Under the pieces are notes generated by a model that was not told where the DNA came from, ran no database searches, and saw only the letters and a list, made by a program, of their open reading frames with translations. Below are positions 34,592-48,179 of a stretch of DNA of 64,000 nucleotides, piece by piece. Every line of letters starts with the position of its first letter. The stretch's first letter is position 1. A program made the position numbers and the translations under genes. Origin of the DNA: Octopus sinensis (lineage: Eukaryota); contig NC_043014.1 of the NCBI RefSeq assembly GCF_006345805.1, forward strand, positions 46,376,001 through 46,440,000. Reading direction: 5' to 3'.

Positions 34592-36149
34592 TTAAGAGTG
34601 CTGGATGAAATGCCTAGACTAAAGAGTGTTCACAAGCTCAGCATTGTTGCTCTTTGAATTAATTGCCAGTTGCTTTAAGAGCATACTTGGTGCATTTTGT
34701 GGCATCAGCGCTGGTGAAACTGCATTGTGGCTCACGATGTGAAAGAGAGCCTTTATGATAGAAGGAACAGATTTTTTTGTGAAAGGATGGTAGTGAAGAA
34801 AATATAGGAGAGAACAGTGTGGGGGTGGAAATAAAAGAAGAGATCAGGAGAAGGGTGAAGAGTAATGTCAGGAATTAATGCGAAGGAGCCGGGATGTGGG
34901 GTGGGGGAGAGAAAATAGTATTTGGGTGGTTGGTCTGCTTGACATTCCTGTGTGGGTTGGATGGTAGTTGTTAATGGAATTACACAGGATTATTGTTAAC
35001 GGGTGGTGATAAGGAAGGGACTAACAGAGGCTTTGTTAGAGAAAGGGGTAACAGGAAGGAAAGGGAGAAATAGTGTGAGGGGATTATTTAAAGGGGAGAG
35101 GGTTGTGTAGGAGGGAGAGGCAGTGCTACCCTGTGATATATATATAGGTAGATAGCCAGGTGTGTAGAGGAGAGATAAGATGATGATGACGATGAGGAGG
35201 ATGAGCCAGAATGTATCCTCAAAGTAACAGGACTTGAGAGCGGGGTGGCTGAGGAATCAGGGGTGGGGTGAGTAGTGGTTGCTAGAGTGGATTCCCTTAC
35301 CCTCTCAAGCATGATGATTCAAGGGGGAAAGTGGAAGGAGAGGTAGTACCGGTGTTGGTGGTGGAGGTACGGGGTGTGTGGGAGAAGATTGAAGTTTCAA
35401 GCTTCAGGTTTAGAAGATTGAGAATATTCAAGATGAGGACGATTGCACTTCCCTCAAAACTCCTTCCCCCACCCCCGCCACCTCACTTGAGGCGTTCTTG
35501 TCTTGTAAGGTACTTGATGACCTCACAAGTTCCAGTGCCCTGTAAAGAAAAAAAAAAGTACCCTGAAAACTCTGTAAAGTGGTTAGTATTAGGAAGGGGC
35601 ATCCAGATGTCGAAACCATTCCAAAGCAGACATAAGGGTTTTATGCAGTCCTGTGGCTTAGCACCAATTGTTGAACCATCCAACCCATGCCAGCATAGAA
35701 AATAGATGTTAGAAGATATATATACATATATACAGTTTCCGTCTATCAAATCCACTCACAAGGCTTCGGTCGGCCCGAGCTATAGTAGAAGACACTTGCC
35801 CAAGGTGTCACGCAGTGGGATTGAACCCGGAACCCTGTGGTTGGGAAGCAAGCTTCTTACCATGCAGCCACTTCTTACCACGCAGCCGCTCCCAACAATT
35901 ATGCCATCACACCACCTTTGAGCTGTATATCATTCTAGAAAGTCAATTCTTAGAGACGGAGGCAAAATCTGAATGTAAAATACTACTACTGATGATGATT
36001 GTGAATATTAATCAAAGCCAAGATTATTTATGCTTTCGCTCTCTAAGCACACAAATGCTCATCCTTGTCGTATTAGAAGCTCTATTTTTATCCGGAATCT
36101 AAGTGGCGTATATTATAGTAATAAATTAGTATGACTCTGTGTGTCTTGC

Positions 36150-36760
36150 CATTCTTGTATTTTAGCCAGTCACTGACTAGCCAGCTGGTAACTTGTTTTA
36201 ACTGTTGCTATAGAGAATCAATATCCTTTACTCAATTATTTGCTGTCATAATGAAATTTTTGGAGAGAGACAACAATTTCTTGTTCTCTTTATCGAGTGG
36301 ATAGCCTGTTGTTTTCTATTGTCTATTGTGCTGTTATCACTGAAGTCATTTAGAATGGAGAGAAATGGTATTAAGATACCCACATATTGTATTTATAGCA
36401 TTGCCACTGTAGCATGTTGTTGGATTTGATAGCTTTATAATATCAGTTTAAATCATGCGAAAATGAGAACTTTATCATTGGTTAAATATATAAAATAACA
36501 CTTTGAATTGAAGATGTTTCCAAACATCATGACTGAATCAATATTTTTCACTGAGTAGTGTGGTTACATGATGATGGCAGTTTCTTTGTATCAGAAGGCC
36601 CATGAGGAAGAGTAGCATGCCCTCGAGTGGTTGTGTAAACTGATCCTTGGTGATGTTGCATTTCTCTTCCTGCCTGTGCTCAGTAGTTTTAAAGTGAGTA
36701 TCAATCCTATGCAGTCCTGCACTTTATAATTGAGGGCTTGACCACAGTGGCTCAGTGGGC
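36150..36760 (-). pseudogene. Highly decayed CR1/L2-like RT fragment
   Basis: Broken minus-strand translations resemble (F)DKV.H..L..KL and FLSILNDF motifs; many stops. Confidence 0.35.
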
Positions 36761-37079
36761 TAAGACGGTTGTGGTGACCAGAATTTTTAACTACTCCATT
36801 ATGGCTGTCCCCACATACATATAGACAAGGGCATCCAGCTGTAGAAAGTCTGCCAGATCAAGATTGGAGCCTGGTGCAGCCATCTGGTTCGCCAGTCCTC
36901 AGTCAAATCGTCCAACCCATGCTAGCATGGAAAGCGGATGTTAAACGATGATGATGATGACATTAAATAAAGTGAAACAAATCAAAAATTTTGATTATAT
37001 AATACTTTAGTACTTTTCCATTTCAAGAAGTTTACATATTTTCAAATCTGTATTTCTCTTTTACCACATATCTTCATGT

Positions 37080-37390
37080 GGAGGCATATGGCCTAGTGGT
37101 TAGAGCAGCGGACTCGCGGTCGAGGGGTCGTGGGTTCGAATCTCAGACCGGGTGATGTGTGTGTTTATGAGTGAAAACACCTTAAGTTCCACGTGGCTCC
37201 GGCAGAAGGTAATGGCGAAACTTCTGCTGACTCTTTCGCCACAACTTTCTCTCACTCTTTCCTCCTGCATCTTGCAGCTCACCTGCGATGGACCGGCGTC
37301 CCGTCCAGGTGGGGAACCTATACGCCAAGGAAACCGGGAAGCCGGCCCTTATGAGCCAGGCATGGCTCGGGAAGGAATAAACAACAACAG
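37080..37390 (+). mobile_element. SINE family B-related
   Basis: Same element as 12285-12590. Confidence 0.8.
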
Positions 37391-37579
37391 CATATCTTCA
37401 TGATGGTAAATGGTTAGTGTGGAAGACATATTAACTATTAAAAAACAAAGACGGTTAACTTTACTTAAACATTTATTATTTGATGTCAAAATATTCGTCT
37501 CATCAGAGATACAGTGCAATTGTATCAATTACCAAGTTGCAATTGCTATGTTGAAAATTTTGACAGCAAATAATAATAT

Positions 37580-37890
37580 CATCATCATCATCGTTTAGCG
37601 TCCGCTTTCCATGCTAGCATGGGTTGGACAGTTCAACTGGGGTCTGGGAAGCCAGGAGGCTGCACCCGGCTCCAGTCTGATCTGGCAGTGTTTCTACAGC
37701 TGGATGCCCTTCCTAACACCAACCACTCCGTGAGTGTAGTGGGTGCTTTTTACATGCCAGGGGAGGCTGGCAGCGGCCACGATCTGTTGGTGCTTTTTAT
37801 GTGCCATTGGCACAGAAGCCAGTCAAGGTGGCACTGGCATTGACCACGTTTGGATGGTGATTTTTACGTGCCACCGGCACAGGTATCACA
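37580..37890 (-). mobile_element. RTE 3'UTR fragment
   Basis: (CAT)n tail plus UTR repeats. Confidence 0.75.
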
Positions 37891-37960
37891 ACTACAATTT
37901 CCATTTGATATTTATTTTGATGTTGATGTACTTGACTCAAAATAAAAATCGAATGTTTAA

Positions 37961-38181
37961 CCCTCTAGCATTTAAACTGGCCATACCCGGCCAAAAGTAT
38001 TCTGCCTGTTTTATGTTCAAACTGGCCAGATCTGGTCTCTCACACCAACCCTACAATATCGTTCTAGAAATTAACAGCTACCTCATCAAAATCTCACAGC
38101 TACAAGATAATGCATGATTAGTTCAAAACAAAGCGGATAAAGAAGCATTAATTTTGGTAGAATAATGTGAACGCTAAAGGG
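37961..38181. mobile_element. piggyBac-type MITE (second family) with TTAA TSD
   Basis: TTAA|CCCTCTAGC...GCTAAAGGG|TTAA; inverted copy at 57756-57976; partial copies near 45455, 16900 and 13150. Confidence 0.85.
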
Positions 38182-39809
38182 TTAAGTAAAGTTAACCGTC
38201 TTTGTCTGTTTTTTAATATGTATCTTCGAAACTGTAATTCTACTAGTTTCAGCACACACTCTCAGATCAGATCACTTTCCAGACAAATACATCTCTGAAA
38301 TTTGTAATAATGGCTTTCAAACAAAGCAAGATTCTACAGCTTTGTTTATAGTTATTCTTTAGAAAAAAAATATATTTTGCTTTCACTATATATGTTAGTG
38401 GCCATTCCTGTTGCTTATTGGTGCACAGTTCACATACAGCTGAGCATGAGGAAGAAGCTGGCCTTGATATTTTTGATAATAAACAAGGACAAATAAAAGC
38501 TTAACAGGAAACAGTAGCCTCTTGAATTGAAATAAAAAATTTGCTAGAGGTTTCCTCCACATTTATATATCAAGTTATTACCAATTACACAGGATGTCAG
38601 CCATGGTATTCTGCTAGTCTTTTTTTTAGATATAGCAAAAAAAAAAAAAAAAAAAAAAGAAAGAAAGAAAAGACCTAACAAATTACAGAAAATGCAATCT
38701 GTATTATAAGCGATGATAGTTATAGTTGTGACTGTTAAAGTGAGCTGCCTAATTGACATGTCGCTGGAAGCAGCCTTCCGCATTCGGTGAATTCTGTGAT
38801 GCTTACTGATGCTGTACCATTTTTATATATATTACCGTAGAGTGGGAGAACTTACTATGCAAAATATTTTCTCCCGGCACTTGCTGCTATTGTTGTTAGA
38901 GTTCCTAGTTTGGTGGATGGCACACAGAATATTTGGTTGATTTTTCTTTTTTATTATCTTTTTGTGTTGAAATTTTCTTTTCTGTCTTATGGTGTTTGGT
39001 GTCTAGGAAGTTATATTTTTTGGTTCAGTCTTGCCATTGCAAGTGGTTAAGTAGAGAATTTGCGAAGACCAGAAAGAAACAAAGCACGCTGCATTGGGTG
39101 TGTCTGTTTAGAGGACACGAACAATAGAGTACGAATGAACTGAGAGAAAAAAATGGAAGTGAGAGACATATGATGTAGTAAGGAAGAGAGAAGATATACC
39201 GGTAGAGGGTGGATGCACAGACCGGGTGATGTGTGTGTTTATGAGCGAAAACACCTAAGCTCCACGCGGCTCCGGCAGAAGGTAATGGTGAACTTCTGCT
39301 GACTCTTTCGCCACAACTTTCTCTCACTCTTTCCTCCTGCATCTTGAAGCTCACCTGTGATGGACCGGCGTCCCGTCCAGGTGGGGAACCTATACGCCAA
39401 GAAACCGGGAAACTGGCTGTTATGAGCCAGGCATGGTTCGAGAAGGAACAAACAAAACAACATCCTGGTACAGGATGTGTATGGAAGATGAGCTCTTTAT
39501 AAAGGAATACCATGCAGTCAAAATGAATGGATCCTTGGAAACGAGATAAAGAGAGAGAGAAATCAAAGAAGACTTGGGATAAAGTACTGAAAACTTATCT
39601 TGAGATGCTGCATCTCAGAGAAGTGGTGATGATTGGTGACTCACAGTACTAGAGAGGGGCCCAGTCGAGGATGGCAAAACAAACTTTAGTAATCAGATAG
39701 CAACTGAGAAGCAGAATATATTTATCTATGTATGTAGGGTGTGTCCGTTTTTTGAGGTCATTTGTATGAATTTAGGAAAAGATGCATAACTCATCAAAGA
39801 AAAGGTGTA

Positions 39810-40129
39810 TCATCATCATCATTTAGCGTCCGCTTTCCATGGGTTGGATGGTTCAACTGGGGTCTGGGAAGCCAGGGGCTGCACCAGGCTCCAGTCTGAT
39901 CTGGCAGTGTTTCTACAGCTGGATGCCCTTCCTAACGCCAACCACTCCCTGAGTGTAGTGGGTGCTTTTTACGTGCCACCTGCACAGGTGCCAGAGCGGT
40001 CTGGCATCGGCCACGTTCGGATGGTGCTTTTTATGTGCCACCAGCACAGAAGCCAATCGAGGTGGGGCTGGCATCGGCCACGTTTGGATGGTGCTTTTTA
40101 TGTGCCACCGGCACAGGTATCACAACTAC
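39810..40129 (-). mobile_element. RTE 3' fragment flanked by a 45-bp direct repeat
   Basis: 39765-39809 and 40130-40174 are identical at 44 of 45 positions. Confidence 0.88.
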
Positions 40130-40734
40130 TATGAATTTAGGAAATGATGCATAACTCATCAAAGAAAAGGTGTAAAGGAAAACAAATTGGTACCAGTAAT
40201 TTTGAGAAACCTTTTATCACACCTATTCAATGAATCCACTATTCATATTAATGGCTACTTCAATGCAGGGTTTGGAAGAGTTGATGTGCCTGAACCCAAT
40301 GGTCTTTATTAATTTTGGATATAGTGTTGGTTATGGCAGACTTGTGAGGTTGTTATGGTGTCATGGGGTGTTGATTGACTCCCTCTTGACTACGCCACAC
40401 ATGTAATGGTCCAGTGGATTGAGGTCTGGTGAGCTAAGAAGCCATGTGTCTTTCGAGGATTTGTCGGTTGGTGGGCACCGACATCCCTCCCATCCGCATT
40501 ATTTCGTTCCATTTCATCTTATCTTGTCCATGTCCAGCCCACAAGCTTCTATCCGTGTGCTGCCCTTGTGGCAAATTAAATGAAATAAAGAAGCCATGTG
40601 TCTGAGAGAACATGATTATGGAGATTGACATGTATCCACACTTGGGTTGGTTCTAGCCTTATAAGAAAGACCATGTGGAGTCTTGTTTGAAGATATATTG
40701 TCTTCTGTTGCATACTCTGTCTGCCCAGGGCCTC

Positions 40735-41160
40735 TTTTTCTTTTTTTCTTCTTTCTTTTTTTACTTGTTTCAGTCATTTGACTGCGGCCATGCTGGAGCA
40801 CCGCCTTTAGTCGAGCAATCGACCCCGGGACTTATTCTTTGTAAGCCCAGTACTTATTCTATCTGTCTCTTTTGCCGAACCACTAAGTAACGGGCACATA
40901 AACACACCAGCATCGGTTGTCAAGCAATGCTAGGGGGACAAACACAGAGACACACAAACACACACACATGCATATATATATATATATATATACACATACG
41001 ACAGGCTTCTTTCAGTTTCCGTCTACCAAATCCACTCACAAGGCATTGGTCGATCCGGGGCTATAGCAGAAGACACTTGCCCAAGGTGCCACACAGTGGG
41101 ACTGAACCCGGAACCATGTGGTTGGTTAGCAAGCTACTTACCACACAGCCACTCCTGCAC
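40735..41160 (-). mobile_element. SINE family A inserted in the transposase remnant
   Basis: Reverse match to 1015-1422. Confidence 0.85.
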
Positions 41161-41699
41161 CTCACAACTTTCTCCAATACTTTTGTGTGGTCAGTGGCAT
41201 TGACTCTTAAGCCCTGTGAAAAATAGTGAGGAAGCATGGCATCTCCCTCATTGCTGACGACTCCCAGGACCATTACAGTTGCTGAGAGCATAGGATGCAT
41301 AACAGTTGGAACCTTGTTCAGATCTCCACATAACCATTCCTCTCGTTTATCTTTTGGTCCACATCAAAGTTTTTCTCATTTTAGAAAAACCAAAGCATTC
41401 TGGCCTCATGGTGTTCTAACTTGTTTAGCAAGCACTTTGCAAAGATTGACATAAACTGACCCCTCTGCATCACGTATGACTTGTACCAGATGTCCTCATG
41501 CACAACTCTTCCGATGGTGCATTATTAACCTGTAAATAAAATAGGAGTGGCTGTGTGGCAAGTAGCTTGTTTACCAACCACATGGTTCTGGGTTCAAGTC
41601 CCACTGCGTGGCATCTTGGGCAAGTGTCTTCTACCATAGCCTCGGGCCGACCAAAGCCTTGTGAGTGGATTTGGTAGACGAAAACTAAAAGAAGCCCGT

Positions 41700-41734
<35 letters not shown>

Positions 41735-41736
<2 letters not shown>

Positions 41737-41957
41737 CAATTGCAGCGTGGAAGGTGTTTGTAAGCCATTTAAGAAACACACAAAAGCCATTCGATTCACT
41801 TCAACATTCAAGTTTAATTTGTCAAAATATTTTCGTCGCTTTGAGACCGCGACCTGTTCACTGACAAAAATCCATGCTGCATTTTGTCAGTGAACAGGTC
41901 GCGGATTTTAGCGACGAAAATATTTTGACAAATTAAACTTGAATGTTGAAGTGAATC
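41735..41957. mobile_element. Fold-back element, truncated copy (hairpin 41793-41957)
   Basis: ~76-bp near-perfect arms gattcacttcaacattcaag...actgacaaaa / ttttgtcagt...gttgaagtgaatc; same family as 52383-52792. Confidence 0.8.
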
Positions 41958-41999
41958 CAATCACTAAAGGTCGAACAGATGCATCCTTAGGTATGGATG

Positions 42000-42545
42000 G
42001 AAGCACTCCGTCGGTTACGACGACGAGGGTTCCGGTTGATCCGAATCAACGGAACAGCCTGCTCGTGAAATTAACGTGTAAGTGGCTGAGCACTCCACAG
42101 ACACGTGTACCCTTAACGTAGTTCTCGGGGATATTCAGCGTGACACAGAGAGTGACAAGGCCGGCCCTTTGAAATACAGGTACAACAGAAACAGGAAGTA
42201 AGAGTGAGAGAAAGTTGTGGTGAAAGAGTACAGCAGGGATCACCACCATCCCCTGCCGGAGCCTCGTGGAGCTTTTTAGGTGTTTTCGCTCAATAAACAC
42301 TCACGACGCCTGGTCTGGGAATCGAAACCGCGATCTTATGACCGCGAGTCCGCTGCCCTAACCACTGGGCCATTGCGCCTCCACTAGAGTACAGCAGGGA
42401 TCACCACCATCCCCTGCCAAAGCCTCGTGGAGCTTTTTAGGTGTTTTCGCTCAATAAACACTCACGACGCCTGGTCTGGGAATCGAAACCGCGATCTTAT
42501 GACCGCGAGTCCGCTGCCCTGACCGCTGGGCCATTGCACCTCCAC
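42000..42545 (-). mobile_element. SINE family B with duplicated ~159-bp head
   Basis: gagtacagcagggatcaccacc...ccattgcgcctcca occurs twice (~42226-42384 and ~42387-42544). Confidence 0.8.
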
Positions 42546-42804
42546 ATCCTTAAGTATACGGTTTTTCTCGTGAAATGTTCGCTGGCAAGTAAAAGACCGA
42601 ATGAACAGAAATGTGGCGGTTGTTAGTCATTTAATCCTAAGCGCTATTGATTACTAATACAAACCAGTTGAAAGTTCATACTATTTACACAGCCTGTTAC
42701 CTTCTTACTTGTCTCTGGTGTAAATGTCTGTATGCAACTCACACAGAATACTTAATATGCATATTGATTATGACTCTGTGTGGGTGGGTGCATGTATGCG
42801 TGTG

Positions 42805-43534
42805 TGTATACATACATACATACATACATACATATACATACATACATGTACATATATATATGTATATATTTATATATATATGTATAGTATATATTATATA
42901 TATATGTATATATATATTTATATATATGTATATATATATTTATATATATGTATATATATTTATATGTATGTATATATATATTTATTTATATGTATGTATA
43001 TATATATTTATATGTATGTATATATAATTTATATGTATGTATATATATATATTTATGTATGTATATATATTTATATGTATGTATTATTATATGTATGTAT
43101 ATATATATATTTATTTATATGTATGTATTATATATATATTTATTTATATGTATTATATATATATTTATATGTATGTATATATATTTATTGTATGTATATA
43201 TATATTTATATATATGTATATATATATGTATATTATGTATATATATATTTATATGTATGTATATATGTATATGTATGTATATATATATGTATATGTATGT
43301 ATATATATATGTATATGTATGTATATATATATTTATATGTATTGTATATATATTTATATGTATGTGTATATATATTTATATGTATGTGTATATATATTTA
43401 TATGTATGTGTATATATATTTATATGTATGTGTATATATATTTATATGTATGTGTATATATATTTATATGTATGTGTATATATATTTATATGTATGTGTA
43501 TATATATTTATATATATGTGTATATATATTTATA

Positions 43535-43590
<56 letters not shown>
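42805..43590. repeat. Long degenerate (TA)n/(TATG)n microsatellite with ~22-bp higher-order unit
   Basis: Direct inspection; source of the 214-290 aa spurious ORFs. Confidence 0.92.
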
Positions 43591-43592
<2 letters not shown>

Positions 43593-43717
43593 ATGAGAGT
43601 TGCTCTGGCACTCCCTCACTACCTCTCCCTTTACCTCTTTCTCAATTACTGCCACCCACTTCTATATATAATAGGGAATAGCCATGTAGCTCCTCTATAA
43701 CAAGACACCTGTTCATG

Positions 43718-43748
<31 letters not shown>

Positions 43749-44199
43749 TATAGTGTTTCAACAGCCAGCATAGATCCACCGTCCCCTCTCAAATACTCCC
43801 CGTTTAGTAGTGGGAGCTTTTTTCCATTTTCCTTTTTCCTCTCTCTGATTTTTTTCTGTCTTGCAGGTTACTTGGCAACTTCACAAGTGCCTGTGACATG
43901 GAAGAAAAAAAAGCATTCAGTATAATCTGTAAAGTGGTTGGCATTAGGAAGGGCATCCAGCTGTAGAGCCTAGCACTAGGCTCCAGTCTGATTTGGCATG
44001 GTTTCTCTGGCTGGATGCCCTTCATAATGCCAACCACTCAAAGTGTGTTGTGGGTGCTTTTTAGGTGCCAGTTACATAAAATTGGCATTGGCCACAACTA
44101 CAATCTCACTTGGCTTGACCGGTCTTTTCAGGTACAGTATATTGCCAAAGGTCTTGGTCACTTGTCTGTGCCTCTATTAGATCCAATGTTCAAAGGGTG

Positions 44200-44992
44200 T
44201 TTTTTATGTGCCACCAGCGCAATATTTTGAGAGTGGCCATTGCCAGTACTGCCTGACTGGCCCCCGTGCCAGTGGCATGTAAAAGCACCCACTACACTCT
44301 CGGAGTGGTTGGTGTTAGCAAGGGCATCCAACTGTAGAAATTCTGCCAGATCAGATTGGAGCTTGGTGCAGCCATCTGGTTCGCCAGCCCTCAGTCAAAT
44401 CGACCAACCCATGCTAGCATGTAAAGCAGACGTTAAACGATGATGATGATGAGGATGATGATATTACTCATACAATGAAATCAGAGTGAGTTTATCACCA
44501 GACTGTATGTAGTGTATTCCTACCTTATTACACCATCATCATATTTTGACTAGAGATGATACAAATCCTCATCTAAAGCATGAGTAGATGACATTTAATT
44601 ATTATTGTCCAGTTTCAGCAAATGGACAAGTCTAGCAGGATTTCAAAACTTAGAAAGGTGTAGTACCAAACTAGACAACGTAAAACAATCTACATAAGTT
44701 CTTTTACCCCGTACCAAATTTCTCGCCTGGCCCCTGTGCCGGTGGCACGTAAAAAGCACCATCCGATCGTTGCCTGTATGCCAGCCTCGTCAGGCACCTG
44801 TGCCGGTGGCACGTAAAAAGCACCCACTACACTCACGGAGTGGTTGGTGTTAGGAAGGGCATCCAGCCGTAGAAACATTGCCAGATCAGACTGGGCCTGG
44901 TGCAGCCTTCTGGCTTCCCAGACCCCAGTTGAACCATCCAACCCATGCTAGCATGGTTAAGCGGACGCTAAATGATGATGATGATGATGATG
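44200..44992 (+). mobile_element. Two RTE 3'UTR fragments (~44200-44460 and ~44725-44992)
   Basis: Both end in cg(t/c)taaa(c/t)gatgatgatg. Confidence 0.75.
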
Positions 44993-45378
44993 TACTCAAG
45001 TTATAATTAAAAATTTTAATTTAGTGCAAAAAAAGTCATAATCTTGTTTGTGGTATTCCTCATGATATTTTGCATGGAATATTGTAGAAATAAGTTTTAG
45101 TCAGTGATATATTTTGATCCCTGAAGCATGTTGTACAATGGGCGATCGCCTGATAAAGAACTGGAATTATAATGTAATTTAAAACAGACTGTGAAAGAAA
45201 ATCAACCTGGGAAACAAATAGTTTGCCCATATGAGTGTGCAGAAAGAAATGGAAGACGGAAATAGTTTCTGAGAAAGTTATAAACATTTATCACAATGAG
45301 ATACGTTTGTTTTAGCATTGGCTTATCTTCTGTCTGTCTGTCTGTCTGTCACCCACTCACTAACACACACACACACAC

Positions 45379-45432
<54 letters not shown>

Positions 45433-46259
45433 CAATGAAAGGTGAATATCACTTAACCCTTTAGCATTTAAACCACCCATATGTAGCCCAGATATCTTAT
45501 CTGTTTTATGCTCATGTTGATCAGAACCAACCTCTCACACCTACCCTACAATGTCGTTCTAAAAATAGACAAGTGCATCAGAGAAACCCTCCAAGCTGTA
45601 AGATAATGCATGATTAATCCAAAGCTGTGTGAATAAATAAATATTACATCTGACAGAGTAATCTGGATGCTAAATTTACTTGCCCAAGTTTTCAGAACGA
45701 GACATCTTAGCAGAAGCAATACTAAATGATCAAAATGTTATATTAATAACTCCAAGGTCAGGAGTTCATATCTTTAGTAGTTGCTGTATGTTTTGGGGCA
45801 GAACTCTTAATTTTAAGATAGTTATTTAATCAGTTGTATGATAAATTGGTCATGAAATATTTACACAGTCTGTGTAATTATGAAATTATATCACCAGATA
45901 AGTCTTGTTAACCTTTTTATAATCTTTCCACTTGCTGGATAAATAGGTAGAAAATAAGTACTTGTACAAATCTAGTTTGATTGGTGGTTGCATGTGTGGC
46001 TGGTTTGTGGTTTATAGGTTGCGATAAGGAAATTTGGCATGATGTTTCTCTTTAGCAATACGTTTGTTAAAATGTGTGTGTGTATGTGTGTGTGAGAAAG
46101 AGAAAGAGAAAGAGAAAGAGAAAGAGAAGATAAAAGTGCAAAAACAAAAGTAAACATTCCTTTGTAAAAAGAGAATACTGATAATTATGTTGAAGCTCAT
46201 TTTTCTTCCTGTTAGTATAGTTGTATGGCCTACTATTTGATTTCCAGGTTGGTTTGCTT

Positions 46260-46470
46260 TTCTGGCACCTGTGCAGGTGGCACGTAAAAAGCACCCACTA
46301 CACTCTCGGAGTGGTTGGCATTAGGAAGGGCATCCAGCTGTAGAAACTCTGCCAGATCAAGATTGGAGCCTGGTGCAGCCATCTGGCTCGCCAGCCCTCA
46401 GTCAAAATCGTCCAGCCCATGCTAGCATGGAAAGCGGATGTTAAACGATGATAATGATGATGATGATGAT
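46260..46470 (+). mobile_element. RTE 3'UTR fragment
   Basis: gtgcaggtggcacgtaaaaagcacc...gcggatgttaaacgatgataatgatg. Confidence 0.75.
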
Positions 46471-47305
46471 TACTTCTGTACATTTAATGTTAAGTTACAG
46501 ATTTTAGATTGGTTAAAACTAATGAAAATTAACGATCTTCCAGCAATACTTGGGTTTAGGAAGGGCACCCAGCTGGAGGGACACTGCTAGATCAGACTGG
46601 AGCCTGGTGCAGCCTCCTGGCTACCCAGAAATATATGGAAGTCACTCCTTTTCAGGTCTCAGAGGAATTCTGTTACCACAGTTTAAAAGACACCATCTTA
46701 CTAGACCCAGTAGATTTATGTTTGCACAGTTTCTCAATAACTGATGCCAAGGCACACACTCTTGGCAACAGTTTCCTGTATTTGACTACATAATTTGGCA
46801 CGAAACTCAAAAAACTGTCACAAGCCATTTTAGGTCAAATGACACAGATTTCCAAAGCTTGAGTGAACAAACATCTCTTGTTACTTTCACTTTCACTATT
46901 GGAAATACAATAACTTGTTTGTTCGAGACGTGTGACCAATAAGGCTATTGTTATTTGCAAATGTAGGGCATAAAAAAAGAAAATGCATTCAGTGTTTGTT
47001 ACACTTGTGTTCATCTGGCTTAAATTTAATCCTACTGAAATCTTGCATGATTCCTATCTTTTATCTTTTACTTGTTCTGGTCAGTGGACTGCTGCCATGC
47101 TGGGGTTTCACCCTGAAGAGTTTAGTCTCACAAATTCACCCCAGTACTTATATTTGAAGTTTGATACTTATTCTATCAGTCTCTTTTGCTAAACTGCTAG
47201 CTTACGGGGTTGTAAGCAAAACAAATACAGATTACCATGTAGTTGGGGAACAATTGTCTCTCTCTCTTTTTGTCTTTATCTCTCTCTTTCTCTCTCTCCC
47301 TCTCC

Positions 47306-47339
<34 letters not shown>

Positions 47340-47567
47340 GAGTAAGTTTCCACCTACTAAATCCACTTGCAAAACCATGGCCCGTTTAGAACTATAGTAG
47401 AAGACACTTGCCCAAGGTACCGCCTGGTGAGGGGACTGAACTTAAAACCACATGGTTGCAAAGTAGGCTTCTTAACCACTCAGCCATACTTCTGCCTATA
47501 CGTTGATATAAATTTTCCAAAACATATTTCCTTACCATAATTAAAATAAAACTTAATAATAGGTGCA

Positions 47568-47950
47568 GGAGTGGCTGTGTGGTAAGTAGCTTGCTTATGA
47601 ACCACATAGTTCTGGGTTCAGTCCCACTGCGTGGCACCTTGGGCAAGTGTCTTCCACTACAGCCTCGGGCCGACCAAAGCCTTGCGAGTGGATTTGGTAG
47701 ACGGAAACTGAAAGAAGCCTGTCGTATATATGTATATATATGTGAATATGTATGTGTGTGTATATGTTTGTGTGTCTGTGTTTGTCCTCACAACATTACT
47801 TGACAATCGATGCTGATGTGTTTACATCCCGTAACTTAGCGGTTCGGCAAAAGAGACTGACAGAATAAGTACTAGGCTTACAAAGAATAAGTCCTGGGGT
47901 CGATTTGCTCGGCTAAAGGTGGTGCTCCAGCATGGCCACTGTCAAATGAC
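47568..47950 (+). mobile_element. SINE family A
   Basis: Match to 1015-1422. Confidence 0.85.
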
Positions 47951-48179
47951 AAACTTTTGGGATATAAAGTTAACCCTTTTCTTTTAAACAAAAGTATTGG
48001 GCACCTTCCCACCCAGTTTTACATGTATAGGGGTACATCCAAAACAGCAACCGATGGAAACTTGTCAGTCTAGACTCATTCAAAACTACCAAAATCACTG
48101 ACATTCAACAAGTTGACCTGAGTGGCATATTTATGTAACTTGGGTTTATTCCATAGAGATTAATTCAATGGATTTATAT

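Larger units (their letters stand above)
39735..41530 (-). pseudogene. Tc1/mariner-superfamily transposase remnant (maT/DD37D-like) interrupted by an RTE fragment and a SINE
   Basis: Minus-strand pieces VVHEDIWYKSYVM, (S)EKNFDVDQK, VMVLGVVSNEGDAMLPHYFSQGLRVNA and SSPDLNPLDHY...SGFIE* (stop at 40223-40225); terminus-like tagggtgtgtccgttttttgagg near 39735. The subfamily call is inference. Confidence 0.82.

Noticed and set aside
34880-35440. Purine-rich stretch with faint Penelope-like (YHP) translation on the minus strand
   Set aside because: Similarity too weak to support without a profile search.
42724-43700. Long ORFs of 214-290 aa rich in Y, I, M, C and V (also 8080-9140, 19224-20168, 21178-21786, 51388-51831, 60221-60787)
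   Set aside because: They are translations of (TA)n, (CA)n and (TATG)n microsatellites that lack stop codons; not genes.
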